Assembly: GCA_963815575.1 (NCBI GenBank)
Contig: CAWFHE010000004.1
Span: 133,748 to 197,747, forward strand
From: an uncultured Actinomycetota bacterium
Lineage (GTDB): Bacteria > Actinomycetota > Actinomycetes > Streptosporangiales > Streptosporangiaceae
Length of the DNA stretch: 64,000 nucleotides
Direction: 5' to 3'
In this document: positions 18,000-30,440 of the stretch, in pieces
Layout: every line of letters begins with the position of its first letter
Position numbering within the stretch: position 1 is the stretch's first letter
The notes under the pieces: model-generated
The model's input: the letters and a program-made list of their open reading frames with translations, nothing else
Told to the model about the DNA's origin: nothing
Database searches by the model: none
Translations under genes and position numbers: made by a program

Positions 18000-20117
18000 A
18001 TGCCGAAGCCAGTTGGCTCGGATCAGCGATACATGCCAGGCCTCGACGGGCTTCGCGCCGTCGCGGTGCTGGCTGTCATCGCCTTCCACGAGCAGTTCAG
18101 CTGGGCACCAGGCGGGCTCCTCGGCGTCGCGCTGTTCTTCACATTGAGCGGCTATCTCATTACCGACCTGTTGCTGAGCCGCTGGCTCGCCACGGGACGA
18201 GCGCACCTGGCCAACTTCTGGGTGCGCCGGGCCCGCAGGCTCCTGCCGGCACTGTTCGTCATGCTCGCGATCGTCACGGCCTGGGTCACGCTGCTGGACC
18301 GGGCGCGACTGGCGGATCTGCGCGGCGCCGTCGCCGCGGCCGCCACCTACTCCAGCAACTGGTACCTGATAGTGCAGGGGCAGTCGTACTTCTCAAGATT
18401 CGCCCCGCCGCAACCGCTTGACCACCTCTGGTCGCTCGCCGTGGAAGAACAGTTCTACCTGATCTGGCCCTGGCTGCTGCTAGCCGGGTTGTACTTCATT
18501 CGTCGGCGGCGCAGCGCGAGCGCGATCCGCTGGCTCGCACTTCCGACGCTAGCTCTGGCGGCCGGATCGGCCGTCCTCATGTGGGTTCTCTATCATCCGG
18601 CGGTCGACCCCACCAGGGTGTACGAGGGCACTGACACCAGGGCCTGCGGGCTGCTGATCGGCGCCGCGCTCGCGATGGTCTGGTCGAGCCGAACCGCAGG
18701 CCGGGCGTCCGTCACAGTCGCCCGTGTGCTCGACGTGCCTGCCCTGCTCGGGCTAGCTGTCATCGCCGTCATGATCTGGCGGGTTGGCCAGTACTCGACT
18801 TTCCTTTACCACGGCGGCCTGGTCCTGCTCGGCTTCGCCACGGCGGCAGTCGTGGCCGCCTGCGCCGCAACGGGCAGCATGGTCGGCGCTGCGCTCGGCT
18901 GGCGCCCGTTGCGCTGGATCGGTGTCCGGTCCTACGGCATTTACTTGTGGCACTATCCGGTGATCGTGCTGACGACGCCAGCGAACGCCAGCGAGGACCT
19001 GCCGAGGGCGGCGTGGCAGATTGCCGCCAGCATCGCCATCGCCGCATTGTCCTGGAAGTTCGTCGAAGAGCCAGTGCGTCACGGCGCTATCGAGCGGGCC
19101 TGGCGCCGGCTCCGTGACCGCGATCTCACCGGGGTCGGCATGCCGAGACTCGCCGCAGCCACCGGCGCGACTGGCGTGGTGCTGGTGGCTTGCGCCGGAC
19201 TCGCCGGCCTGGTCGCCGTCCCTGCCGCGTCAAGCGCAGCGGCCCTCGGCACCGGGGCGTTGTCGGACTCGACCAGCTCCGTCAGTCATGTGAGCGGCAA
19301 GTCAGCGCATCCATCGGCTAGCGCGAGCGACGAACCGGGCGGGCCAAACCTGCCGTTGCGCACGTCGTGCACCTCGGTCGCGCACATCGGCGATTCCACC
19401 TCCGAAGGCATGATCTCGGCCGACTACTTGCCGGAGCGGCGCATGCGACTCGCCGCGCAGTACGAGGACGTCGGGGTCCAGAGCGTCTATACGAACATCA
19501 CTGGCGCGCGCTCAGTCGTGGAGGTGCTGCCAGGGACCACCAACGGGCAGCAGGCTGCCAGCAGGCTCATCAAGCAGGGCTTCGACGGCTGCTGGGTGCT
19601 AGCCCTCGGCACTAACGACACCGCGGACGTGGCGGTCGGCTCTAACGTCGGGCTGCCCACGCGGATCAGCGAGATGATGCGGGTCACCAAGGGCGAGCCG
19701 GTCATGTGGGTGAATGTGATCTCGCTTCTGCATAGCGGCCCGTATTCCGAGACCAACATGCAGAAGTGGAACTCAGCGCTGATGCAGGCATGCGCTCGCT
19801 ACCCGAACATGCGCGTGTTCAACTGGGCCGTGCTGCCACAGCGGAGCTGGTTCATCAATGACGGCATTCACTACACCTCCGCGGGCTACGCGAAGCGGGC
19901 GCAGTACATCGCCGACGGGCTGGCTGAGTCCTTCCCGCTAGCCGGCAAAAGTTTGACCTGTCTGGTCAGCCTGCCGAACTCGGTCACCTCGCCGTCACCC
20001 AGCCCGTCCCCGTCGATGCCGGCACCGTCGAGCCCAGCACCGTCAAGCCCCTCGCCAGGCGCGACAGCGGCCAGCAGCGCACCGCCAGCAAGGCCAGCGG
20101 CTAAGCAGTCGCCCTGA
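18000..20117 (+). CDS. acyltransferase family 3 (OatA-like) membrane protein fused to a C-terminal SGNH domain
   Basis: 705 aa. The N-terminus 'GLDGLRAVAVLAVIAFH...LFFTLSGYLIT' and its multiple TM segments are typical of AT3. The C-terminal domain has 'VAHIGDSTSEG', 'ALGTNDT' and 'DGIHYT'. It ends in a Pro/Ser-rich tail. Confidence 0.85.
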   Translation: MPKPVGSDQRYMPGLDGLRAVAVLAVIAFHEQFSWAPGGLLGVALFFTLSGYLITDLLLSRWLATGRAHLANFWVRRARRLLPALFVMLAIVTAWVTLLDRARLADLRGAVAAAATYSSNWYLIVQGQSYFSRFAPPQPLDHLWSLAVEEQFYLIWPWLLLAGLYFIRRRRSASAIRWLALPTLALAAGSAVLMWVLYHPAVDPTRVYEGTDTRACGLLIGAALAMVWSSRTAGRASVTVARVLDVPALLGLAVIAVMIWRVGQYSTFLYHGGLVLLGFATAAVVAACAATGSMVGAALGWRPLRWIGVRSYGIYLWHYPVIVLTTPANASEDLPRAAWQIAASIAIAALSWKFVEEPVRHGAIERAWRRLRDRDLTGVGMPRLAAATGATGVVLVACAGLAGLVAVPAASSAAALGTGALSDSTSSVSHVSGKSAHPSASASDEPGGPNLPLRTSCTSVAHIGDSTSEGMISADYLPERRMRLAAQYEDVGVQSVYTNITGARSVVEVLPGTTNGQQAASRLIKQGFDGCWVLALGTNDTADVAVGSNVGLPTRISEMMRVTKGEPVMWVNVISLLHSGPYSETNMQKWNSALMQACARYPNMRVFNWAVLPQRSWFINDGIHYTSAGYAKRAQYIADGLAESFPLAGKSLTCLVSLPNSVTSPSPSPSPSMPAPSSPAPSSPSPGATAASSAPPARPAAKQSP

Positions 20118-20127
20118 ACTCGCTCGC

Positions 20128-21096
20128 CTACGTCGAGCTGCCCGTATCGAGCTGCACAGCCCTGATCTCGCCGACGACCTGGCCGCCGCCGTACACCGGG
20201 CTGGTCGAAAGCGCCGACAGCGCATCAACATCGGCGCCGGGCTCGGCGTCAGCGCCCAGCTCTCGGAGCAGTCTCACGGTGACCGGGACCCGGCCGCGCG
20301 CGGCGCCGTCCTCCGTCTTGAACGCGCCCGCTCTGCCGTCGGCCAGCGCGAACCCCTCCACACCCTCCGCGCCAGACTTCAGCAGCAAGCCGGGTATCGC
20401 GTTCATCAGCGCGCGCTCCGGCCTGGTCGTGCCAGACGTCCATTCCGGATAGGCGCGCATCGCGTCGGAGACTGCCCGCTCCGCGGTCCCCGGTTCGGCC
20501 TGCACCATCGCGCGGAACGCTCGTGCCAGCCCGATCACCGAGATCGCCATCAGCGGCGCGCCGCAGCCGTCCACGCCGACCGCCACGACCGGTTCGCCTG
20601 CCAGCTTGGCGACGGCAGACCTTATCTCCTGCTGCAGCGGATGCTCCGGGTCGCGGTAGCTCTCCGTCGGCCAGCCGGCCGCGACGCAGGTTGCCAGCAT
20701 CGCCGCGTGCTTGCCGCTGCAGTTCATGTGGATGCGGTCGGGCTTGGCACCGGCCGCGACCATCGCGAGGTTCGCCTGCTCGTCCAGCGGGTAATCGGGC
20801 GGGCATTGCAGGGCGTCCTCGGTCAGGCCTGCCGAGGCCAGGATCGCCCGGACGCCGGCCACATGAAAGTCCTCGCCGGAGTGGCTGGCCGCGGCGAGCG
20901 CGAGCAGTTCGCCATCGAGCTTGAGGCCGCAACGCAGCATGGTCGCGGCCTGGAACGGCTTGTTCGACGACCGCGGGAACATCGGCGCATCCGCCGTCCC
21001 GGCAGCGAGCACGACAGTGCCGTCGGCGGCAACGGCCGCGATGGCTCCACGGTGGCGCGACTCGACGAGGCCAGACCGGATAACTTCGGCAAGCAC
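20128..21096 (-). CDS. asparaginase (Asparaginase_II family)
   Basis: 322 aa. 'ESRHRGAIAAV...PRSSNKPFQA...NCSGKHAAML' matches the L-asparaginase II (Rhizobium-type) family. Confidence 0.8.
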   Translation of the reverse strand: MLAEVIRSGLVESRHRGAIAAVAADGTVVLAAGTADAPMFPRSSNKPFQAATMLRCGLKLDGELLALAAASHSGEDFHVAGVRAILASAGLTEDALQCPPDYPLDEQANLAMVAAGAKPDRIHMNCSGKHAAMLATCVAAGWPTESYRDPEHPLQQEIRSAVAKLAGEPVVAVGVDGCGAPLMAISVIGLARAFRAMVQAEPGTAERAVSDAMRAYPEWTSGTTRPERALMNAIPGLLLKSGAEGVEGFALADGRAGAFKTEDGAARGRVPVTVRLLRELGADAEPGADVDALSALSTSPVYGGGQVVGEIRAVQLDTGSST

Positions 21097-21103
21097 TGGA
21101 TTG

Positions 21104-21973
21104 TCAGCGATGATCGGGCACCCCCAGCATCACGCGCGCCGTCGCAGGCGTCATAGCCGGCCGCTGCACGAGCGCGGCGGCTATCGCAGCTCGCTCGACC
21201 AGTTCGGCATTGCTCGCGACCGGGCGGCCGCGGGCGAACGTAACCGTGTCCTCCATGCCAACGCGCAGGTGACCGCCTGCCGCGAGTGCCGCGAACAGTA
21301 CCGGCAGCGAGGTGCGCCCGATGCCAGTCGCTGACCAGGTGGCACCGGGCGGCAGCGCGGCGACGGCGTGCACCAGCGTCGCCGCGTCCCCCGGCATGCC
21401 GCCGGGAACGCCCATTACCAGGTCGCAATGCACGTGGCCGCCAGCTGGCGGGCCGAACTCGGCGAGCAGGCGGTGCAGTGCGGTGATATGCCCGAAGTCG
21501 AAAAGCTCGAACTCCGGCACCACGCCGAGCGCGCGGGTCTTGGCGTAGAGCTCGGTCATGAATCCCCACGGATTCATGAACACGTCGTCGCCGAAGTTGA
21601 CCGTGCCGCAGGTCAGTGAGCACGCATCGGGGCCCGCATCAAGGACTGCCAGCCGCCGCTCGAAGCTGTCTGTGACCGCACCACCGGTCGACAGCTGCAC
21701 GATCAGGTCAGTGGATTCGCGTAGCGCGCGGACAGTCTCCGTGAGCCTGCCGATGTCCAGCGTCGGCCTGGCCTCGGCGTCCCTGATGTGCACGTGGATT
21801 ACCGCCGCGCCGGCGGCCTGGCATTCCTTGCCGGTGGTAACCAGTTCCTCGAGCGTTACCGGCAGAGCGGGCACGGCGGACTTCTCCGACTCAGCGCCCG
21901 TCGGGGCCACGGTAATCAGGGTGGCCGGGCCACCGGAAGCAGGCTTGCCGCTGACTGCCATATGTGGTGCCAC
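21104..21973 (-). CDS. 3-keto-5-aminohexanoate cleavage enzyme family protein (BKACE/DUF849)
   Basis: 289 aa. 'ITVAPTGAE...AVIHVHIRD...' and 'HLRVGMED' are family hallmarks. Confidence 0.8.
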   Translation of the reverse strand: MAPHMAVSGKPASGGPATLITVAPTGAESEKSAVPALPVTLEELVTTGKECQAAGAAVIHVHIRDAEARPTLDIGRLTETVRALRESTDLIVQLSTGGAVTDSFERRLAVLDAGPDACSLTCGTVNFGDDVFMNPWGFMTELYAKTRALGVVPEFELFDFGHITALHRLLAEFGPPAGGHVHCDLVMGVPGGMPGDAATLVHAVAALPPGATWSATGIGRTSLPVLFAALAAGGHLRVGMEDTVTFARGRPVASNAELVERAAIAAALVQRPAMTPATARVMLGVPDHR

Positions 21974-22088
21974 CAGCCCTTCTACGCCGTTGGATGCGGG
22001 CTACCGCAGTCTAATCGGCCCCGTTTCCTGCCGGATAACTGGTCGCTTCGGTCACTGAAGCAACGCACGCCAGCCGGCCGCCCGGCTC

Positions 22089-22532
22089 ATGACACAATCT
22101 CGAGTCGTGCGAGCCGTCGTCCAGCGAGCCAGCCAGGCCAGCGTCAGTGTCGGCGGCGAGGTTGTCGGCCAGCTGGCTGCAGCTGGCCTCGTCGTGCTGC
22201 TCGGGATCACCCATAGCGACACCGCGGCCACGGCGGCGGCGCTGGCCAGCAAGGTGTACTACTTGCGGATCCTGGCGGGCGAGAAGTCCTGCGCCGATCT
22301 GGGCGCGCCGCTGCTGGTCATCAGCCAGTTCACGCTCTACGCCGACACCGCCAAGGGACGCCGTCCAAGCTGGAGTGCGGCCGCGCCCGGACCGGTGGCC
22401 GAGCCGCTAGTGATCTCGTTCGCAGCGGCGCTTCGCAGCCTCGGGGCGAGTGTTGAAACGGGCGTGTTCGGCGCGCAGATGCAGGTTGAGCTCGTCAATG
22501 ACGGCCCGGTGACGCTGATACTCGAGGCCTAG
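22089..22532 (+). CDS. dtd: D-aminoacyl-tRNA deacylase
   Basis: 147 aa. It has '[12 protein letters not shown]', '[11 protein letters not shown]', '[15 protein letters not shown]' and '[18 protein letters not shown]'. Confidence 0.9.
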   Translation: MTQSRVVRAVVQRASQASVSVGGEVVGQLAAAGLVVLLGITHSDTAATAAALASKVYYLRILAGEKSCADLGAPLLVISQFTLYADTAKGRRPSWSAAAPGPVAEPLVISFAAALRSLGASVETGVFGAQMQVELVNDGPVTLILEA

Positions 22533-22586
22533 GCAGCGCTGCCATCTCCGGGCCGCCTGACAGCGTGAGTCGCTGTCCCTGCGGAA

Positions 22587-23402
22587 CTAGCTGCGGGTGC
22601 CGGCGCCGGCCGACCTTGTTCCTTTCAGATGCTTGCGGGCGAACTCCAGCGATTCGGCCAGATCGGCCTGCCGGTCAGCGACCGTCGGCACCCGGTGCGT
22701 GCTTACCTCGAGCACCACGTATCCGGCGTAGCCGGTCCGGCTTAGCCAGGTCAGCAGTTCCGCGCACGGCTGGTTGCCTCGGCCAGGTACCAGGTGCTCG
22801 TCAGGCAGTCCCGGCTTGCTGCCGTCACCAAGGTGGACGTGCGCCAGCCGCTCGCCGAGTTGCTCGGCCATCGCGAGCACGTCGGAATCGGACACCGAGG
22901 CATGAGAGACGTCAAGCGTGACCGCCGCGGAGTCCATTTCGACCGGGTTCCAGTGCGGAGCGTAGGCCGCGATCTCAGTCTCGCCGCGCAGCAGTGGATA
23001 GAGGTTCTCCACTGCGAAGGCCACGTCTCCGTCAGCCGACATCGCGGCGATACCGCCCTGGAAGTCCTTCGCGTACTCGCGCTGCCAGCGAAACGGGGGG
23101 TGGACGACGACCACGCGGGCACCGAGCGCCGCTGCGAGATCACGTGATCTCTCCAGCTTGGTCCACGGGTCACGGCCCCAGACCCGCTGTGTCACGAGCA
23201 GGTTCGGGGCGTGCACGGCCACCACCGGGATCGCGTGATAGTCCGACAGCTTGCGCAGTACGGCAGCATCCTGGCTGACCGGGTCGGCCGTCACCATGAC
23301 CTCGAGACCGTCATAGCCGAGCCGGGCAGCCGTCTCGAACGCATCCGGCGTCCGCTCCGGGAAGACAGAGGCAGTCGACAGTGCGACCTTGATCGCTGTC
23401 AC
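22587..23402 (-). CDS. sugar phosphate isomerase/epimerase (xylose-isomerase-like TIM barrel)
   Basis: 271 aa. '[11 protein letters not shown]', 'VVVVHPP' and 'HVHLGDG' are typical AP-endonuclease-2/xylose-isomerase-like fold blocks. Confidence 0.75.
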   Translation of the reverse strand: MTAIKVALSTASVFPERTPDAFETAARLGYDGLEVMVTADPVSQDAAVLRKLSDYHAIPVVAVHAPNLLVTQRVWGRDPWTKLERSRDLAAALGARVVVVHPPFRWQREYAKDFQGGIAAMSADGDVAFAVENLYPLLRGETEIAAYAPHWNPVEMDSAAVTLDVSHASVSDSDVLAMAEQLGERLAHVHLGDGSKPGLPDEHLVPGRGNQPCAELLTWLSRTGYAGYVVLEVSTHRVPTVADRQADLAESLEFARKHLKGTRSAGAGTRS

Positions 23403-23683
23403 TGCCGTGACCTGCGCACTTGCTTCTCCTTTGCCCAGCTACGAGTGCATGGGCGACACCTTCGGCGCGAAGCCCTGACGCCGTGCACCGGCGTCCTGCC
23501 CGGTTCACGGCGCCGTCCCACCATGACGCCAGCCCCCCACCCAGCTTATGCCGGCCGCCGGGCTGGCCGGCCGCCGCGCAGGCCTGGCTCGCCGGAGCGG
23601 CCCGGTCCGCCGTATTGGCCGGCTTGCCGACGCGGCTGGCCTGCCTAAGGCCGGTTGTCAGCGGGACCCGGTACGTTGCCGCC

Positions 23684-25123
23684 ATGGCAAGATCAGCAAC
23701 CGCACTGTTCGAGTGCTCAGCTTGCGGCTGGCGAAGCGCCAAGTGGGCCGGCCGGTGCGGCGAGTGCGGCGAATGGGGCTCGGTCACCGAGGTACGCAAC
23801 CAGGAGCTTGGCCGGGCTACCTCGCGCGCGCAACTGCGGGCTGTCCAGCCGTCGACCGCGGCGGTACCGATCGGCAGGGTCGATGCCGCGGCAGCCAGGG
23901 CACGGCCGACCGGGATGGGGGAACTCGACCGGGTACTCGGCGGTGGCCTGGTACCGGGTGCTGTCGTGCTGCTGGCCGGCGAACCAGGAGTCGGGAAGTC
24001 GACACTGCTGCTTGAGGCCGGGGCACTCGCCGCGGTCGCAGGTCGCGTGCTGTACGTGACTGGCGAGGAGTCGGCAGCACAGGTCCGGCTGCGCGCGGAC
24101 CGGATCGGGGCGGTCTCCGACTCGCTGTACCTGGCGGCGGAGACCGACTTCGCCGCACTGCTCGGACACGTGCAGGCCGTTGATCCGGCGTTGCTCATCG
24201 TCGACTCGGTGCAGACAATCTGCGCGGCCGGGGTCGACGGGGTGCCCGGCGGCATTACCCAGGTGCGGGAGATCACCGCCGCGCTCACCGCCCTCGCCAA
24301 GCAGCGCACCCTGACCACCGTGCTTGTCGGGCACGTCACCAAGGACGGCACCGTCGCCGGGCCGCGGACCCTCGAACATCTGGTTGACGTGGTGTTGCAT
24401 TTCGACGGCGACTCACGCGGCCAGCTGCGGATGGTGCGTGCGCTGAAGAACAGGTTCGGCCCGACCGACGAGTTCGGCTGCTTCGAGCTCGGCGAGACCG
24501 GACTGGTCGGGCTGCCCGACCCGAGCGGGCTGTTCCTTTCGCAGCGCCACGACCCGGTGCCCGGCACCTGCGTCACGGTGACGCTAGAAGGCCGGCGGCC
24601 GCTGGTCGCCGAGGTGCAGACGCTCGTCGGTGCCGCTATCGACGACCTGCCGCCGCGACGCGTGGTGTCCGGACTGGACTCGGCACGGGTGGGCATGATG
24701 CTCGCGGTCTTGCAGCGGCGCGCGCGGCTGGCCATCGGCCGGCGGGACGTATACGCCGCGACAGTGGGCGGCGTCCGGCTCACGGAGCCGTCGGTGGACC
24801 TGGCAGTCGCGCTCGCCGCTGCGAGCGCGCTGGCGGACGTAAGCGTCCCGGCCGACCTGGTCGCCATTGGCGAGATCGGGCTGGCCGGGGAGATCCGGCG
24901 GGTCGCTGGCATCCGGCGGCGGCTGGCTGAGGCCGAGCGGATGGGGTTCCGGCGGGCGATAGTCCCGGCTGGCTCCGATCTGCTGCCGCCCGGCGAGCAA
25001 TCCGCTAACGGGCAGGTGGCTGGACACCTCCGAGTTGTTGACGCCTCAGGAAGCGGGCCGCTAGAGGTGACCGAGGTGACCGACATCCGGGCCGCCATCA
25101 CTGCAGCGCTTGGCCTTCGGTGA
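23684..25123 (+). CDS. radA: DNA repair protein RadA
   Basis: I chose the ATG at 23684. It has the zinc finger 'FECSACGWRSAKWAGRCGECGEW', the Walker A motif 'GEPGVGKST', the 'KNRFG' motif and a Lon-like C-terminal domain. Confidence 0.95.
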   Translation: MARSATALFECSACGWRSAKWAGRCGECGEWGSVTEVRNQELGRATSRAQLRAVQPSTAAVPIGRVDAAAARARPTGMGELDRVLGGGLVPGAVVLLAGEPGVGKSTLLLEAGALAAVAGRVLYVTGEESAAQVRLRADRIGAVSDSLYLAAETDFAALLGHVQAVDPALLIVDSVQTICAAGVDGVPGGITQVREITAALTALAKQRTLTTVLVGHVTKDGTVAGPRTLEHLVDVVLHFDGDSRGQLRMVRALKNRFGPTDEFGCFELGETGLVGLPDPSGLFLSQRHDPVPGTCVTVTLEGRRPLVAEVQTLVGAAIDDLPPRRVVSGLDSARVGMMLAVLQRRARLAIGRRDVYAATVGGVRLTEPSVDLAVALAAASALADVSVPADLVAIGEIGLAGEIRRVAGIRRRLAEAERMGFRRAIVPAGSDLLPPGEQSANGQVAGHLRVVDASGSGPLEVTEVTDIRAAITAALGLR

Positions 25124-25236
25124 CCCCGGCGAGGCGGCGCTGATGCTTACGCGTCGCCGCGGCGGCAGCTGGTACCAGGTTGACGGGCGATCGAGACCCT
25201 TCGAGCGATGACTAGACTGCCCGTGATACCGAGGTC

Positions 25237-26313
25237 GTGAGGCAGGTGCCTGCCGTGAGCATCGGGCGAGACGAGCGCCGCAGGGCAGCGCTCGCGGTAG
25301 TCGCGCCGGGAACGCCGCTGCGCGATGGCCTAGAGCGGATCGTGCACGGCAGTACCGGCGCGCTTATCGTGCTGGGCTTCGATCCGATCGTCGAGGGGAT
25401 CTGCTCCGGCGGCTTCGAGCTGGCTGCGAGCTTCTCGGCGACCCGGCTGCGCGAGCTGGCCAAGATGGATGGCGCCATCGTGCTCGATCAGGCCTGCACC
25501 CGGATCCTGCGGGCAGCCGTTCAGCTGGTCCCGGATCCGCGCCTGCCAACCGAGGAATCGGGCACCCGGCACCGGACGGCCGAGCGAGTGGCCAGGCAGA
25601 CCGGGTTCCCGGTCATCGCCGTCAGCAAGTCGATGCGCACCGTTGCGGTGTTCACCGGCGGCGAGCGTTACGTACTCGAGGAGTCACCTGCCCTGCTTGC
25701 GCGAGCCCACCAGGCGCTCGCCGCACTTGAACGGTACAAGCGTCGCCTTGACGATGCTGCCGCCGCACTGACAGCACTTGAGATCGAGGACCGGGCGACA
25801 ATCGGGGATATCGCCCGGGTGGCCCAGCGGCTGGAGATGGCTAACCGGGTCACCGAGGAGATAGCCGGATACCTCGTCGAACTCGGAACTGACGCCGGGT
25901 TGCTCGGGCTCCAGCTTGAGGAACTAACCGCCGGCACGCGACGAGAGCGGGAGCTGCTGCTGCGCGACTACGGGCGCGGCGAGCACCCAGCTGGTGACCG
26001 AGCGCTGGCCGGACTCAGCGCGGACGAACTCATCGACCTCCCTGCCGTGGCGGCGGCCATCGGGCTGAGCGCTGGCAACGGACTAGATCAGCACGTCAGC
26101 GCGCTGGGCTACCGCCTGCTCGGCCAGATAGCGCAGCTGCCGCAGACCGCTGCAGAAGAGCTAGTCGCGGAGTTCGGCAGCCTGCAGAAGCTGCTGTATG
26201 CCAGCGCGCAAGATTTGCACCGAGTTCCGGCAATCGACGCTGCCCTGGCCAGGAGCCTGCGCGAGGGTTTGTCCAGGATCGCCGAGTCCGCGCTGCTCGA
26301 GCACTATTCGTGA
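25237..26313 (+). CDS. disA: DNA integrity scanning protein DisA (diadenylate cyclase)
   Basis: It has the DAC domain blocks 'LRDGLERIVHGSTGALIVLG', 'DGAIVL' and 'GTRHRTAERV', and a C-terminal HhH region. It lies immediately downstream of radA, as in other actinobacteria. The exact start (25237/25246/25255) is uncertain. Confidence 0.9.
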   Translation: MRQVPAVSIGRDERRRAALAVVAPGTPLRDGLERIVHGSTGALIVLGFDPIVEGICSGGFELAASFSATRLRELAKMDGAIVLDQACTRILRAAVQLVPDPRLPTEESGTRHRTAERVARQTGFPVIAVSKSMRTVAVFTGGERYVLEESPALLARAHQALAALERYKRRLDDAAAALTALEIEDRATIGDIARVAQRLEMANRVTEEIAGYLVELGTDAGLLGLQLEELTAGTRRERELLLRDYGRGEHPAGDRALAGLSADELIDLPAVAAAIGLSAGNGLDQHVSALGYRLLGQIAQLPQTAAEELVAEFGSLQKLLYASAQDLHRVPAIDAALARSLREGLSRIAESALLEHYS

Positions 26314-26358
26314 GTCAGCGCTGCCGCCGGTAGTGCGGGCACGTGCGAGGATCGGGCA

Positions 26359-27260
26359 TTGATGACCGCACCCTACGCAGCCGCCGTTCTCGACTGGTAC
26401 GCCGGCCATGCCAGGGACCTGCCGTGGCGTCATTCCGGCGCGACACCATGGTCGGTGATGGTCAGTGAGTTCATGCTCCAGCAGACTCCAGTCAGCCGGG
26501 TGCTGCCGGCCCACGCAGCCTGGCTAGGCCGGTGGCCCGAGCCTGCCGCCCTGGCGCATGCCAGCGCGGCTGACGCCGTCCGTCAGTGGGACCGGCTCGG
26601 ATACCCGCGCAGAGCCGTTCGGCTGCACGCTTCAGCGCAGCTCATCGTCAGCCGGCACGGCGGCCGTGTCCCGGCTGAAGTTCCCGACCTGCGCGCGCTG
26701 CCGGGCGTTGGCTCCTACACCGCGGCCGCGATAGCCAGCTTCGCTTTCGGCCGGCGGCATCCAGTCCTGGACACTAACGTGCGGCGAGTTCTGACCAGGC
26801 TGATCAGCGGCCAGGGTTTGCCGCCAGTGTCCCCGACCGTTGCCGAGGTGCGGCTTGCGGAATCGCTGCTGCCTGCTGACGGCAGGCAGGCAGCCCGGTG
26901 GTCAGTTGGCGTGATGGAACTGGGCGCGCTGGTCTGCACAGCGACCCGGCCGCGGTGTACTGACTGCCCGCTGGCCAGCCAGTGCGCCTGGCTACGGCTC
27001 GGCCGCCCGGCGCCGCCGCCGCGCCGCGGGCAAGCCGCTTATCACGGGAGCGACCGGCAGTGCCGCGGCGAGATGCTCGCGGTGCTCCGCGCAGCTGCCG
27101 GACCTGTCCCGGCGAGCAGGCTGGCGGACGCCTGGCATGACGCAGCGCAGCGAGCGCGTGCGCTCGCTGCGCTGGTCAATGACGGCCTCGTCATCCGCTG
27201 TGGCGACGGGTCACTCGCCCTGCCGGGCGACGACCTGGCCGCTAAGCGGAGTCCGGGCGA

Positions 27261-27264
<4 letters not shown>
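26359..27264 (+). CDS. mutY: A/G-specific adenine DNA glycosylase
   Basis: 301 aa. It has '[12 protein letters not shown]', 'SEFMLQQT', '[17 protein letters not shown]' and the 4Fe-4S cluster motif '[15 protein letters not shown]'. Confidence 0.9.
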
Positions 27265-29795
<2,531 letters not shown>

Positions 29796-29970
29796 CTCGT
29801 CGCTCCTCACAGAGCGGTCGGTGAGGCACCCGATCTGCCCCGTCCCTTCCGCATGTTAGCCCGTGCTCCGGGCGACGCCATGACGTGCGACATGCCGCAC
29901 TACTCAAAACGTTCCCCGCCAGTAGGCCGTTCATCCCATTCAACCTGGGCTGAAGATGCAGTGTTCCCAG

Positions 29971-30020
29971 CTACGCCCGCAGCGAAAGCAATTGTTCGCC
30001 GCTACGCCAGCAGCGAACGC
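29971..30020 (-). promoter_or_regulatory. two tandem ClgR-like boxes (CTACGCCnGCAGCGAA) upstream of clpC1
   Basis: CTACGCCCGCAGCGAAAG at 29971-29988 and CTACGCCAGCAGCGAACG at 30002-30019. Both contain CGC-N5-GCG(A/T)(A/T), resembling the published actinobacterial ClgR operator core. They lie about 180-220 nt upstream of the clpC1 start. Confidence 0.35.
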
Positions 30021-30282
30021 GGCCACTCTCAGCGCCATAACCCGGCGCGGGGCGGACCAGGACGGCCGGGAGTAGCCGGACTCGTCGCCGAGGTTACGGC
30101 ACACGGCTCAACACTTCATGGACTGGGTGACCACAAACCGGGCTATTACCGACATCGAACCGGGCCGCACCCATGAAACGTCCACACGACAGCTGCCAGC
30201 CTCGGCCGGTCGTTCAATAGGGCGCGCCGTTCGGCGAGGACCGGACCGGGCGCGCTGGGCGGACCGGCGCGGACCGGCCAGA

Positions 30283-30440
30283 GCGGGCAGGCACGTGGGG
30301 CGAGCCGACACTGACCGGTGGGGGCAGCGCGGAGCGAAGCGGGCAGGCACGGGGGCGAGCCGACACGGACCGGTGGGGCAGCGCGGGGCGGGCCGACACT
30401 GACCGGTGGGGGAAGCGCGGGGCGGGCCGACAGCCGGGCA
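30283..30440. repeat. degenerate tandem repeats (about 55-bp period, with a shared core gccgacac[tg]gaccggtgggg[g]cagcgcgg)
   Basis: Three to four imperfect copies were read directly. All three minus-strand frames are open here, which fits a non-coding GC-rich repeat. Confidence 0.75.

Noticed and set aside
30283-30440. Possible CRISPR array in the clpC1-lsr2 spacer
   Set aside because: The repeats are directly adjacent and degenerate, with no unique spacers of regular length. No cas genes are nearby. It looks like a GC-rich minisatellite instead.
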